Shown in pieces: positions 22,386-36,329 of a stretch of 64,000 nucleotides of DNA (its first letter is position 1; each line of letters starts with the position of its first letter). Location: the NCBI RefSeq assembly GCF_006345805.1, contig NC_043010.1, forward strand, positions 31,992,001-32,056,000. The letters are read 5' to 3'. A program made the position numbers and the translations under genes. This stretch comes from Octopus sinensis (Eukaryota). The notes under the pieces are model-generated. The model had not been told where the DNA came from. It ran no database searches and worked only from the letters and a program-made list of their open reading frames with translations.

Positions 22386-23444
22386 TTGTCCAGCCAACCA
22401 TTTATACAATTATCTATTTATCTGTCTGCTAGAACATCTATTCACATGCATGTGTTTGTATTTATGCATGTGTATATGTACATAGGCATTTATATGTGCA
22501 CGTGCACACACATATTTAGACACATGTATATGCATACATGTCAAAATGTATGTGTGTACGTACAAGATAATACACATACAGACATGTGTACAGTGTATAT
22601 CCAGTGAACTAGTTGCTGTGCTAATTAAAGACACATGATAGATAGGTATGTAATGCATAGGTATGTAATGCATAAAGCAATAAAAAAAGGGCAAAAAAAA
22701 AAAACCTACAAAGCATAAAAAGCAAGTAAAAACAGAAAAAAATCCTGTGTAAAAGGGTCCAGTGATATGATGTTGTGTAAAAGAGGGAATAATTCAGTTG
22801 GTAAGATAGTGAAAGCAACTAATTACCATAGATCACAGTTTTGACAGAACCATTGTCTAATTCTGATTCTTTAAACTTTCTTCTAACTATAATAAAACCT
22901 TCAGTAATTCTTCAGACATTTATTCATATCAATGTCTCTCTCTCATTCTATCTGTCTGTCTGTCTGTTTATCTGTCATGTCTCTCTTGGTGTGTCATTCT
23001 ATCTCTCTGCCTGTTCATCTGATAGAGGCCATATAACATAAGAGAATGGATTTGATGCTGCCACACGAGGCCATATAACTTCTAAAGAACAGTGGAGTCT
23101 GTTTCGGTTTCACTGAACACAAGAGCTGGTTTGCTGATTGTTGTTGTTGTTGTTGTTGAAGATGGTGGCAGTAGTGTGATGATGATGGGGTGCCTGTGTC
23201 TGTCATTCCTTCTGTTGATTTATGTGAAGTGGAACTTCAATACCCTTAGGATAAAGTGTCCATTTTTATTGACACACACAGCTATGCCCATTAATAATAA
23301 CAATGATGATGATGATAATAATAATAACTACAACAACAACAATAATAATAATAATGATATTGGCAATCATAATAACAACAACAACAGCAGCCACAACAGC
23401 AACAACAACAACAATAATATGAATAAAAACATGAAAGCCGTATT

Positions 23445-23850
23445 ATGGCACACAACATAGCATGCAGTCCTAAAATAGCCTTGTTAGGCACAGTCCGCAA
23501 CCTATGCAAGATATTTTCCAATTCAGCAGCATAACTCAAACTCTACACTCTCCACATATAATAGTTACTCTTACATAAATGATACCCAACACTATAACAA
23601 CTTGCACAACTCATATTCTATGTAGTTGCCATACAGCCCATTCAATGCAATTACTGTCTGATACTAACGCGTAACACTAAGCACACAGCACATATTCTAC
23701 ACAAACACCACCATCCCATAATATAACACAGCTTATACAACGTATATTTTATACAATCACCATCTGGACACTAAAACACAACTCATATGATTCTCACTAT
23801 TCATCCTAGTAATACAAAACACGAAACACTACAACGAAATATATCTCTGA
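23445..23850 (+). mobile_element. R4/Dong-like LINE 3' end with C/A-rich UTR, preceded by (AAT/AAC)n
   Basis: KIALLGTVRNLCKIFSIQ near 23470-23525 resembles the KTALLGTAHILRKVL terminus; microsatellite at 23290-23430. Confidence 0.6.
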
Positions 23851-24160
23851 TTACTTATTCTCTACAAAATAGATTAAATTCTAAAGTAACATGAGCAACA
23901 ATCAACACAAACACCACATCAAGCAACCCACCAAAAGACAATGCTGCACTAATCTCAACAGCTAAGATTTGCATCTGGTGGTGCAGTAAGACATGCATGA
24001 ACCAGTTGAAAATAACAATAATGACACTAATGTTAATTGCAATGATATATAATGATAAGAGGAATATTAGTAGTTTTGTAAGAAGCAATTAGAGAGTAAA
24101 TTTTGTAAAATAAGAAATTGAGATGGTAGTAAATGACAATATGTTATTATTTAGTGAGAG

Positions 24161-24355
24161 AATGTGGCGAGCTGGTAGAATTGTTAGTGACATTTTGTCT
24201 GTATTTATGTTCTGAGTTCAAATCTCACTGAGGTTGACTTTGCCTTTCATCCCTTTGGGGTCGATAAAATAAAGAATCAGCTGAGCAACGGGATCGATAT
24301 AATTGACTTATCTCCTCCTGTGAACTTGCTGCCTTTGTGCCAAAATTTGAAGCCA
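24161..24355 (+). mobile_element. SINE family A with target-site duplication
   Basis: Head GTGGCGAGCTGGTAGAA, B box GAGTTCAAATC, Meta-like core; TTATTTAGTGAG is repeated on both flanks. Confidence 0.85.
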
Positions 24356-24449
24356 TTATTTAGTGAGTAAAAAAGTAGCATTAATTGAACTATTGACCCT
24401 TGTTTGCCAGAACCTTACAGTGTCAATATCATTAATATTTTACTTCTGT

Positions 24450-25560
24450 AGGTTATTGTCATTGTTGTTGTTCAGCCCGAGGTCAACTGCGATTCAGCTG
24501 ACATATAAAAGAAGGTATTCCAGTTATAATCCTCCTGTATTTCTATGTGCTATGAATCTAGGGCCATACTTTCCCACATATCCTTTTTCAAGATGGTAAG
24601 ATGAGAGTTGAGAGATTTTCTGCTGTTGTTTATAGAAGGTCAAGAGGACATGTGGAGGCACCCTTAAAATCTGTGAGAAATGTGAGAAATACAGTTTGAA
24701 TGTGGATAGGAAGGAGTTGGGCAATAGGTTTATTGAAGGGTTTCAGTGATGTGACAGAAGGGGTGATAAATATGATAAAGATATGTGAATTGAGTGGTAG
24801 ATCAGAGAAGGGATCATAAGAGTGCAAGCTGGTATAGAGGTGGTATAAAGGACAGGAGGAGGAAACACTATATCTGTGAGCCTGTGGTTTTAGTGTGTTG
24901 GTCAGTAAATCTTTGCTAATTAATCATATGGCTTTTTGTGAGGGGAGTGGGGTGGTGTGATATCTAGGTTGCTTGTATGTGTAACAGCAGCACTGCTTCC
25001 TAATATATAGGAGTAGTACTGCTTTCCAGAGTGCCAGGAGCTGAAATATTTTCAGGCCCTGATACAGAATCCTAGTTTTTTGTGGGGATGTCATATAAGA
25101 TTATTAGTGATTGTGAGTCTAAGCATCTATGGTAAGTTTGAGAGTTTTAACTGTAGTGTTCCTATGAAAGGCTTCGAGATTGCTTCCCTGATATGCAAGT
25201 GACTATTTTTTAATATAGTTTAATAAGAGAATGATGGATGATGTCCAGTGCATTTTCAGGTTCTTTCAGGAAAACAATAGGCAAGTGAGGAAGGAATTGA
25301 ATCGGAGTTGAAATATTGGCGATAAAGCATGTTCTACTTACAACATGTAAGGACCAGATAATGGTGTAAAACTGAGAGATTAGTTATGATCCACGCCCTG
25401 AAATGAATATAGAGTCATCGGCGCTAGAGAAGTGTTACTGAATTTGGAGCTTCATGTACCTTGGGCTGTTTATTTGCAGTTTAGAGTGGCCAGGGTTCTC
25501 AAATGAGCAACTGTTATTGTACTGATAGACTCCACAGAGTACCTATGAAGTTCCTCTGAT
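24450..25560 (-). mobile_element. Highly decayed L2/CR1/Jockey-group LINE RT and 3' end
   Basis: Minus strand KLGFCIRA*KYFS and PQAHRYSVSSSCPLYHLY resemble KLGFLFRARKYFS and PLSHRRNVASLSLFYRYY; a related tail occurs at ~8600-8760 (+). Confidence 0.55.
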
Positions 25561-26187
25561 AGATAATTTATGACTGCAAGAATAATAGAGAGAAATAGGG
25601 AAAGGAAACAGAAAAAGAAGGAACATTGAGAAGAATAGATACTAGTAAAAAGTTAAAGAAAGAAGTAAATTAAAATAATAGGAGGAAAAAGACGAAGAGT
25701 ATTTGAATTAAGAAATCTGTTTTTAGTCAGCCTCCCATGTGTAACATTACACATATTTTATTATGATAGCTACTCATTATGTGTGTGTTTGTGACCATAT
25801 ACTTATATATATATATATAGATTGATAGATAGATAGATAGTTATAAAAAGAGGGAGGGAGAGAGAGAGAGATATGGAAAGAGAGGCTGATAGATGTAGAG
25901 TATAGAAGTTGATGTAGTTAAGATAAAAGGCATGAAAATAGAAAATCCAAAGGTTGCTGAACATGTTACACACAAAAGGCTATAAAAAACAAAGGTAATC
26001 TTCTTAGCTGAAACCTGTTTTACAGAATCGAGATAAAACAAGTTTCAAGAATCTTTATTTTTTCCAGTAGTTCCTATAGTATCATTGATTTTCAAGCTGT
26101 TTCAATATAATTTAGGACATTATTTACTGCCCCAGTCTCTTGTTCAGTGAGTTGAGTTGATGCTTTTGGTAGTATCAAACATTTTCA

Positions 26188-26382
26188 ACTCTTTTACTCT
26201 TTTATTTGTTTCAGTCATTTGACTGAAGCCATGCTGGAGCACCACCTTTTGTTGAACAAATCAATCCCCAGGCTTATTCTTTGTAAGCCTAGTACTTATT
26301 CTACTGGTCTCTTTTACTGAACTGCTAAGTTATGGGCATGTAAACACATCAGCATTGGTTGTCAAGCGATGGTGAGGGGACA

Positions 26383-26431
<49 letters not shown>

Positions 26432-26592
26432 GACAGGTTTCTTTAATTTTCCATCTACTAAATCCACTGACAAGGCTTTGGTAAGCCTGAGGCTATAGTA
26501 GAAGACACTTACCCAAGGTGCCATGCAGTGGGACTGAACCCAGGACCATGTGGTTGGTAAGCAAGCTACTTGCCGCACAACCACTCCTGTGC
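26188..26592 (-). mobile_element. SINE family B, full length
   Basis: Colinear with 3114-3524, including the internal (CA)n and GAGTAAAA tail. Confidence 0.85.
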
Positions 26593-27374
26593 TTATTTGG
26601 ACACTTTCTTCAAAGAAAGTTTTTTTACACACTTTCAGATCTTTTTCTGGTTATTCATATTGGTTTAGAAATTTCAAGAGTTTCCAGGTGAAGTCTGACA
26701 CTTTTGATTTTAAACCTTCTTTCAGGCCTCTTTTTCAATTGTTTCCTGACAATCTTTGAAAGATTTTCCCCGATTCTTTCTTGAAGTTCCAGGTGTCAGA
26801 ATGTTGTGAGATTACAGAATTAGTCATTATTATCGATCAGTACCTTAGTACTTTAAGATATTTATTGGTAGTCTGACTACTTGGTAGTGGAGGTTTGAGA
26901 CATGGCTACACTGGGCAGTTTCCTGGTGGTCCTATGGGTCTAATATATGCAGTGACATCCAGTCAATTAGTAAAGGTACAAGCTACAGTATATTGTTTTG
27001 CAAAAGGGCCTATAATGTGACTTCAGACACTTTTAGATGGTTTCACACACTTCAGATATTGTCAAGTGTTTTACATGTATTGTCATGGTGAGATGACAAA
27101 TTCAGCCATTTTCAAACATTTTTTGTTGTCACAGAAATTTTGAAGTATTTTAGAGCATTTACATACTTTCAAGCCAGTCCAGAATGTTTTATGATATTTT
27201 ATATGCATATGGAATTTTCATATGTATTCTGTGCACATAAGTACTTCTCAAACTATGTGTTGTAGATATTGAGAAATATAATTCTAGGGTTTAGAAAATC
27301 CATACTTAATGTGGATTTCCAAGATACTTGAGCATCTTGAAAAATAAGTTCATCGCAAATATTCTTTTCATATA

Positions 27375-27800
27375 GTAGTTACTTAATTCCAAAAGTACGT
27401 TATTATAAGGAAATCACTTTGAAATACAATAATATGAATATGCATTGAAAATCTGATTATCACTTTCAAATTATTTCAAAATACATTGTTACTTATTCCA
27501 AAATATCATGTCATACTCAAAATACGTTATTATGATCAAATAATTTCAAGATTACATATTCCAAAGTATATTTTTTACATTAAAATCATTTCCAAATATA
27601 TTATGAAATATTTTAAAGCAAAAATATATATTTGAATATTCTAAAGTACATAAGTACAAACTGGTTTCACTTTTTCTAGGAGATATACATTGCAATGTAC
27701 ATGTCTAATGGGTTGGTGCTAACTTTTATTTGATGTATAATGTGTCTACCTGAAGAAGCCTAGTTATAAACTCATTAGTTAACAGGGGAGATAATATCAT
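27375..27800. repeat. Left arm of a diverged ~400-bp inverted repeat flanking the PLE at 29453-31768
   Basis: Matches the reverse complement of 31866-32261 in blocks, e.g. ATTCCAAAGTATATTTTT, AACTGGTTTCACT, CAATGTACATGT.TAATGG, ACTCATTAG; roughly 70-75% identity by eye. Confidence 0.75.
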
Positions 27801-28251
27801 TCAACCACGGTTGTGGTTGAATATATTCTTAAGGCTACCATTCCGTCAACTGCAGCAGCTTCTAAGCTTCACCACTAATTCAGTTTTCAACTAAATTGCA
27901 AACTGTTAAGAATTTTATAGAGGATACCTTCTCAGCTACACTTTGGCATAAATAATCTGAGATTTGGTTCAGTAGAAAAAGATTACATCAAAATATCTGT
28001 GACCTCAAAGGGGGCAGTAAAGCACCTATTCACCTTCAATTAACATAAACTTTTTAATTTTAAAATAAAAGTATACGTTTCTTAGGCTTAAATGATAGAA
28101 AAATGTATGAGGAATTCAGAGTCATTAGTTGCATTGAATAAAAATTAATAGAAGAAGATTTATGGGGTGAAATATGACGAAGTTTCTTGTAAGAAAGTAA
28201 GGGAGTAAGGGTTAGCAATAAGAATAAAGAATATATTGCTAAAATGCTCTA

Positions 28252-28385
28252 AGACAGTAAGCTGGCAGAAATGTTAGTGCGCTGGGCAAAATGCTTAGCA
28301 GTATTTCGTCTGTGTTTATGTTTTGAGTTCAAATTCTGCTGAGGTCAACTTTGCTTTTTATCCATTTTGGATCTATTCAATTTGA
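28252..28385 (+). mobile_element. SINE family A, 5' half
   Basis: GACAGTAAGCTGGCAGAAATGTTAG...GAGTTCAAATTCTGCTGAGGTCAACTTTGC. Confidence 0.75.
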
Positions 28386-28806
28386 CGTACAGGTTATTTA
28401 ATTAATTTTTTTAACTAAACACTTTGAAACTTCCAATATTGGTACAATGTGTCACATACAACAGGGTTTACTACTAACGTTTTTGACAAAATTTTGTATT
28501 TTAGAAGTTATTTCGTCACAAGTTACTGAGTGACAATGGACAAATTCATGTTTGATATGTGCCAATACATGAAACTCTCAGGTTTTGACTTACTCTCTAA
28601 CTTCTGCCGATGATATATATACATATTATACATATATGTGTAAAGAAATCTCATGCAATCAAACCAATGAAAGAGCCTCTACCTGGTCGCTTGACACGCT
28701 AAAAATAGTAGCCAATGTATCCCCCTACGCAGTATTTTACAAGGTAAAATCCTAAATTATCAATTGACATATTATTAATTATCAACAATGCCTGGAAAAA
28801 TTATGG

Positions 28807-29322
28807 ATTACATGGAAGAATGTGAACCTGAAAAGTAATATTCTTAAGATTATAAACCTGGAAAATTACAGGACAAGTTATTACACCTGTAAAAGTATAG
28901 GACAAACTATTACTTCAAGAAAAGTAAAGAATAAGAAACTTTTTACTTAAAATATTGCAGCTAAAATTAAAATTTGAATATTAAAAATTACTTTATTATA
29001 GTTTACAAATAACACTATACTTATTTAAGTAGAATTTGGCTAATTTACTACCTTAAATACAGAAAAAAGTGACTAATTAGACAAACTTACAAATTAGCTG
29101 AACAGTTTTGTACAATAAATTTAAAAGATGAGAACTGTAAAGAGTGATAAATTAGAAGAACTGGCATTTTTTGCTGCAATATTTTAAGTAAAAAGTTTCT
29201 TATTCTTTACTTGAAGTAATAATTTGTCCTATACTTTTACAGGTGTAATAACTTGTCCTGTACTTTTCCAGGTTTATAATCTTAGGAATATTACTTTTCA
29301 TGCTCACATTTTTCTATGTAAT
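28807..29322. mobile_element. Fold-back MITE with ~155-bp inverted arms
   Basis: 28807-28966 pairs with 29167-29322 (about 90% by eye) around a ~200-bp spacer; a partial related sequence lies at 54645-54770. Confidence 0.8.
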
Positions 29323-29452
29323 TATATATGTTAATAGTGGACCCAAAATAAGTAAGGAAGTAAATTTTTGTATTTTAACCATTCAGAAATGTGTGGGAAA
29401 ATACATTTTATAAATGTTGATTAATGAATTAAAAATAAGTGTCAGTAATTGG

Positions 29453-31768
29453 TTAATGATTTAAACTGGAGTTATATTTTACAATGAAAAGTTTCTTTGT
29501 AGTTCTTTCATATTTTCTGCATATTAATATAATGGGGACAAGTTTAAAATTTAGTTGTTGACTTCCTGCACATTTATCTCCCTGAGGTGATTTTTTCTAG
29601 TGTTTGGATCATGTATTTGTTATTGGTAAACCATTATGCATTTTCCAGATTATGCCCGTTTGATCCATATAATTCTCACTACCCCAACAGCATATGATGT
29701 AAATTCAGGTTTCTGAAAGGAACGAGAAGTTATTCTTTAATTTGCCCTGAGATGTTATTTATATTTTTTATATTTCTATATTGAATACTTGTTAAAGTTT
29801 CTTTAGTGAATGTTGCTGTTTTTTTTTTTAAGATTCTTTTCATTTTAGGATCACATTTTAACAGGGGTGAATTTTGCTAATTACATTAATGACCTTAATA
29901 ATCTTAGGGTTGTTGACTGAAATGCATGGTAAAACATTTGTTTCTGTTTTAGTTGTTACAGTTTTTAGATCTCTGACATCATTAACCTCTGCTTTTTTTT
30001 AATTGTATTATTAATTATTGATGGTGGACAATGCTTTCCAGTCAGAATAACCAGTCTTTTCTTCTGGGTGTTTGGAATTGATATAAGGATGCATATTCTT
30101 TTAGCTATATTGTACAGGATAATGACTTTCATGAGTTTTGGGTGGTATGAAGTGAAAAGTTAATATTGATTTCAAATTTTGGCACAAGGCCAGCATTTCA
30201 GGGGAAGGAGTAAGTTGACTACATTAACACCACTGGTACTTATTTTGTTAATATTAATACTGTTACAAGTCTGTCAGTTTATAATATACATCTGACTCAA
30301 TCCTATTCTATTTTTCATAGCTAATATATCTAAAAGGAGTTATTTATCCTTGTTGTATCCTTGTTGACAATTGTTTTTTCTAATTTTCCTTCAGAATTTT
30401 TGGCATATTTTAATGCCAAGGTATCCCATTTTTGAATTTGCATACATTGGGGCATACGTTGTCATTCCTAATTTTTTCTTATATATTACTTGATCAAAAT
30501 TTTAAATATTGTTTTGTTGAATAAAATGAAGGTTTCAATAATAAACTTTTTGTATGCAACCTGGTGACTGATGAGGATATATATTAAGCCAAAAATGCAT
30601 TGCTTCTATTTTATATTCATGTGATATATTTGAATATAGGTTTATCATATCAAAAGAAACTATTGAGGTTTCTTTAGTTCCTGCACATTGAAGGTGTTCT
30701 TAATATATCCAAGTTGTCTCTTATGTAGCTCTGTATATGTTTCAAATATTATTTTGCTAAGATGTCCAAAACTTGCTCAATTGCTGAGTTTCACAAGATG
30801 GCCCTACCACTGTTGGCCGTAATTCGAAATCATTTGTGTGGAGAACATTTAAGCAAGAAAAACAGGATTCTTTTATGTTATAAAAATAACTTGTTGAACA
30901 TTTAAAATTAATCAAATAGTTGTACTCTTTATCTGTTAAATCTTTATTGCATATATTGAGTAAGACATTAAGTTTTTCTATTATTTTTCTGCTGATTTGA
31001 GTGGTTAATTTTTTTCATTTCTACTGTTATCCTCAAGTATGGTTTGTGTAAGATTTTAAAAATAGGTTGTATCCATCGCAACCATAGTACTTCCTTTATC
31101 AGCTTTTTTTATTACCAGTTTTGAATTTGGTTTCAATGCATTAGTATTTTCCTTTTCTTTTGTGCTGAAATTAGAACATTTCCTATGTTTTAGTCGAAAC
31201 TCATGTAGGAAATAAGTTATATGATCACAAAAATTATCATGTTCTCTAATCCTACTTTTATATATGGATGATATTTATCTTTATTTCTGACTAAAAATTC
31301 ATCATCGTTGTCTTTATCAAACAACTTTTCTGTAAATCTTAGTTTTCAGCCAGTGTCTGTAATATTATCTTTGATCTTGTTGAGATTTGATTTTCTTGGA
31401 GTTGGTGTAAAGTTATGTTTGTGGGTTTTTGTTCCAGCACAACTTTAAATCAAAATTGTTGACTGAGGAGTGTTTGCATCTCTTAAATCAGTTGTTTGTA
31501 TGCTTTTTGTACTGGTTGGTTAATAGCAATTCCTAGAGGCTTTCAAATTTTGTTTAATTTTTGACACTGCTGCTGAGAATTTAATCATTTTCCTGTTCAT
31601 TAACTTTTCTTATGAAGCAAAGTTGTTTATCCACTTTTTCAGTTAATATCCATAATTTCATTCATAATTATTTCCTTAAGTCTTTTAAAACATCATCATT
31701 TGTAACTTTTTTAGTTTTTCCTTTCTTTTTTGGGCAGGGGTGGGCGGAAGGAATTTTCTTTCACTCAT
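29453..31768 (-). pseudogene. Decayed near full-length Penelope-type PLE ORF (RT + GIY-YIG)
   Basis: Minus strand: MSERKFLPP (ATG at 31768), LVIKKADKGSTMVAMD, LRPTVVGPSCETQQLSK, YIRDNLD, VSFDMINLYSNISHE, YAPMYAN, LLDIL..IESDVYYKLTD, LYNIAKRICIL, IYIIC..SENYMDQTG, FIVKYNSSLNH*. Many stops and frameshifts, YxDD region missing, SINE A fragment inserted at ~30165-30250. Confidence 0.85.
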
Positions 31769-31865
31769 GTGCTAATTGATATAGAAAATGATAAATATCT
31801 TTTCAGCTGGAACAAAAATCTATATGTATTAAAAACACCTACTTGATTTGGGTCTACTAACATAC

Positions 31866-32261
31866 ATGATAATAACTCTCATGCTGCCTAATGAGTCTAT
31901 AATGAGGTTCCTTCTGGGAAACACAATATATTAAGACTAGTATCAAGCCATTACACATGTACATTGTAATGCATATCCCATACAAGTAGTGAAACCAGTT
32001 GATAATTATGTATTTTTGTAATTATATACTTTGAAGTGCTTAATAATGTATTTTAAAATTACTTGAATTTAAAAATATACTTTGGAATATTTAATCTCGA
32101 AATAATATGATTGCAGTGATGTATTTTGTGCATTATGATATTTTGATATTATCATATGATATTTTGAAATATGTAGTAATGCATTGTGAAATAATTTGAT
32201 TGTGGTATTCTGTTTTTCAATACATATTGTATTTTGAAATGATTTAGAATTAATTAACTGC
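31866..32261. repeat. Right arm of the inverted repeat, ~100 bp upstream of the PLE ATG
   Basis: Reverse-complement similarity to 27375-27800. Confidence 0.75.
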
Positions 32262-32521
32262 AATGTAAAAGGAACAGTGCATTTTCTTTTTTATCATTAT
32301 TTTCCCATATTTCCTGACTTGTCTGGGATACTTTTGACATTTTATGTGTGTGTGTATGTGAATACATATATATATATATATATATATATATTGCACTAAG
32401 AATAAAGTAAAGGTAAAATTACTACCTGCTTTTATAACAAGTTGATGCAGGTACGTTTATCTCATCCTCCTCAGACTTTTAGTTCATGCAATTGAAAAAA
32501 CTGCATTATTTATGGGATGAC

Positions 32522-32592
<71 letters not shown>

Positions 32593-32681
32593 TTAATGCC
32601 AAACATAAGCAGCTTTATGAATTCTAGAGCACAAGAAAAAAAATGTATATTATTATCCTATAAGTCATTGTTTTTTTAGAG

Positions 32682-32900
32682 GAGTAGTCCCCTTGGTGGG
32701 GTGGGAGCTGGGGTTAAACATTATACTTAAAATTAAAATGGTTTAAAACTTTTTAAACATGTCCAATACCATGGAAAGAAAGAATAATTTTATTGATACA
32801 AAATCTATTTTCTCTTTTCCTTAATAAAGAGAGGGAGGAAGCAAACAATTTCACTATTATTTTTGGTGGTGTCCTAGGATTTCTCACATGAGAACTACTG
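32682..32900. mobile_element. hAT-like MITE, older
   Basis: Right end TGAGAACTACTG is identical to the end of the 8340-8592 MITE; left end GAGTAGTCCCC is decayed; the TSD is only partly matched. Confidence 0.5.
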
Positions 32901-35088
32901 CCATAGATTGTTATAAATAATGGTGAAGAATACTGTTATCAATTATACATGGAGACAGAGCGACATATTGGTTGAGCTGTTGAGTTACTTTCATCATGAC
33001 ATTTTACAGCACTGATAAATGTAAACAAAAACAAAAACAAAAAAAAACAACAAGCTAATATATCATTGTAGAAAATAATTTGAAATATTTGGAGGAAGTG
33101 GATTGAAGAATCATTAAAAAGTCATTAAAATGATTTTTAATATTTTGTAAGATCATGGCATATTTATATTAAAACAGGAAATTGTAGTGGAGAGAGAGAA
33201 AGCTACCTGAAGACAAATATGTGTGAAGTAATAAGCTGTTGTAAACAAATGAGGGACAAAAACACATATTGTTGCTACATAGTCAAAATAATATAATTCT
33301 ATACATAATAATATAATAATAATATAATTTTATATGTTAATCTTGGGAGAGTAAGAACTTATTTGAAGTATCAACATTGATGTCTTTCCTTCAAAGGTAA
33401 CTGTCTATATTTCTAATTGCTTTCTTTTATTTAATAAATGGGATAGTCATGGATATTATTGGTGAACTTGCTTGGTTCTTTAGCTGTAGGATCTTACTTT
33501 AATCGAAGCATTGTGTTGACTGTTTGCAAACTGTGAATAGATTAACGCCAACCAATCTAAAGAGCTTACTGAGAATAAAATACACTCAGTGAACTCTACA
33601 ATGTGGTTGATGTTATGAAGGGCAACTAGCTTAGAAACTAAGACAAAAATGAAAGTTATGAGTGAGGTGTGGTCCTTTAACTCTTCTAAGAGAGTAGCAA
33701 AGACCTATCCATCCTACATCAGCATGAAAAGCAAATATAAAATGCTGTTGTTGATGATGAAGATGACAATGGTGATAATAATAGTGAGTGTTGGGATGTG
33801 AAAGATTACAAATAAAGTGAAGACGGATATAAGAACTCAATACACTAAGATGATGCAAACTTAATACAAACACCAGGAAAAGAGAAATATAAGTTCAGAG
33901 AAATACACTAGTTTGTATTTCACTTGTTTGGAAGATTAGATAAAAGTATATTTGATGGTAAACAAAGGAAACCGTGTTGTAAGAGGTTATTAATAGTAAG
34001 ACATGTAAATCAGAGATAAGAAACATGTTTCTTTAGATGTGAACTGTATTTAGCAAGACATTGATTATTGCAGTGCAATTAAAGTATTAGTAGGGAAACA
34101 AGGTGTATAGTTAATTAGCTAATTAGTGAAAGTAAAGTTGAAATAAAAAGATCAAATAAGGTGAGATCTCTTATATAATGAGTCAATTATGGTAGATATT
34201 TAAAAATAAGGAGTCTTATTTGAAAATTTGAAGAATGATAATTTGATTACTAATGGGAATAATTTATAGCTAAATTTGTAAAATAAAAGTAGGAATTTGG
34301 CATGTGTTTATAAAATACACACACACACACATAAATACATATATATATGTATGTGTATATACATACATATATACATACACACATGTATATATATTAGTAT
34401 GCATGTGCGTGTGTTTATATATATCATCATCATCATTATTTAACATCCATCTTCCATGCATGCATGGGTAGGACGATTCACACGCACACACACAGACTCT
34501 CTCTCTCACACACACAGAAAGACCACTCTCTCTTTTAAATGAACTCAAAAGTAGTTCATCCTCTATGCCACAAATAGTAGGTATCATGTGGGTATATTTT
34601 AAGGCTTACAGTATATGAAACAGCCATACCAACAAATTTACATCTGAATATTTTATTTATTATTTAAAATTATTCTGGTATCTCAGGAAAATTTCATTTT
34701 ATTTAAAAGAGTCCCCTTAACAAATTCCAGAAAGGCAGTTTTCTGCTAGTAGCTAAATAATATTTACATATTTAATTCCCAGTTTGTGTAATTTTCTTGA
34801 TATATCACATCTAATTTCCCTTTGTATCCTCTATTCATCTGATAAACTTAGAATAATAGAAAACACCCAAAGACAGTATTAAAATTTATGAAAAAATCAG
34901 GTATTATGTTGGTTAAACTTAGCCACATAAAAGTTCTCAGTTTTATTATATGTATACATATCAGAAGATTTTGTACTTTTCAATGACAGTGAACTGGAAT
35001 GCGTACCTAGTATGTACTGGAAAAAATCAAATTGGAAAGTTCACTGTCGGTTTGAAAACGTCATTTTACAACTCATATCTTCTGCATT

Positions 35089-35300
35089 CTGGCAGAAACG
35101 TTAGCATGCTGGGCGAAATGCTAAGGCGGTATTTTGTCTGTCTTTACGTTCTGAGTTCAAATTCCACCAAGGTTAACTTTGCCTTTCATTCTTTCAGGGT
35201 CAATGAATCAAGTACCAGTTGCATACTGGGGTCGATCTAATCGACTGGCCCCCACCTCTCCAAACAATTTCTGGCTGTGTGCCTAGAGTAGAAAAGATTA
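35089..35300 (+). mobile_element. SINE family A
   Basis: CTGGCAGAAACGTTAGCATGCTGGGCGAAATGC...GAGTTCAAATTCC...GCCTTTCATTCTTTCAGGGTCAAT...AAGTACCAG. Confidence 0.85.
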
Positions 35301-35869
35301 TTTGTCTGTCAATATAGATTTGTACATTTTGTGTGTTTATTTATAAATACACAAAATGTAAAAATGTACAGAGATGGGAAATGATGTATTTTTTATTCCT
35401 GTTCATTATATGAACTATGAAAACAGAACAGTGATCTCAGAAAAGGAATTAACTATTGTAAATATGTAACAGAGTGTAAGAGAGAGATAAAAGACGAAGA
35501 TGGAATGCTATCTCATGGTTTTAAATAAAATGGTATCTCACATTGAATTAGAATTAGTTTTCTTCAAAGAAGTTGCTTGGAAACCAGATTTTAATAAAAA
35601 CATTAAAATTAGAATTTTTATAAAGTTTTTTTTAGACAGACTTTAATTGCCTTCTTTTAGTAAAAGTTACATAATTCCAACTAATTAATAAACAGTTTTT
35701 CTCCATTGTAATATATCTCAGTGTGTGTGTCTGTATTGCTTTGGTTTCTTTGCTTGCTTGTTGTTAATGACAGTCCACCAAAGGCATTGACCCAAGGCAT
35801 AGGAGCAGGATGTCGCTGACTAGACTGTTATGGGATAGGCACATCCTCAGTTTTACACACACATACACA

Positions 35870-36295
35870 TGGAGACAGGGAAAGCCCCCCAGTTCATCAG
35901 GAATCACCACTAAGAGGCTTAAGATACCTGATGGAATAGGATATGGCCTAGTCACCTGTATAGTTAATCACCCATGCTGGTGGCATGTAAAAAGTGTCCT
36001 TCAAACATTGGATCTCATGGAGGCAATGATAAGTGCCCAAGACCTTTGACAATATGCCATGTTTGAGAAGACCCATTAAGTAAAATCATAGTCAAGTAAA
36101 ATAATAGTCATGGCCAATGCCAGTGTCATGTAACTAGCACCCATGCTGGTGGCATGCAAAAAGTACTCATTACACTCTTGCAGTGGTTGGTATAAGGAAG
36201 AGCATCCAGCTATAGAGGCCATGCCAAATCAGATTGGAATCCGTTTCAGTTAAGCTGTCTAACCCATGCCAGCATGGAAAGCTGACACTATATGA
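35870..36295 (+). mobile_element. Older RTE-type 3' end
   Basis: Two CATGCTGGTGGCATG(T/C)AAAAAG hairpin motifs, GGAAGAGCATCCAGCTATAG and tail CCCATGCCAGCATGGAAAGC. Confidence 0.7.
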
Positions 36296-36329
36296 TAGTA
36301 TGTATATATGCAATTACACATGCAAAATT

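Noticed and set aside
27660-27790. Hammerhead remnants in the PLE inverted arms (CTGAAGAAG on plus; CTAATGAG...GTGAAAC on minus)
   Set aside because: Core halves are incomplete or carry a G5 change shared by both arms, and stem II does not pair convincingly.
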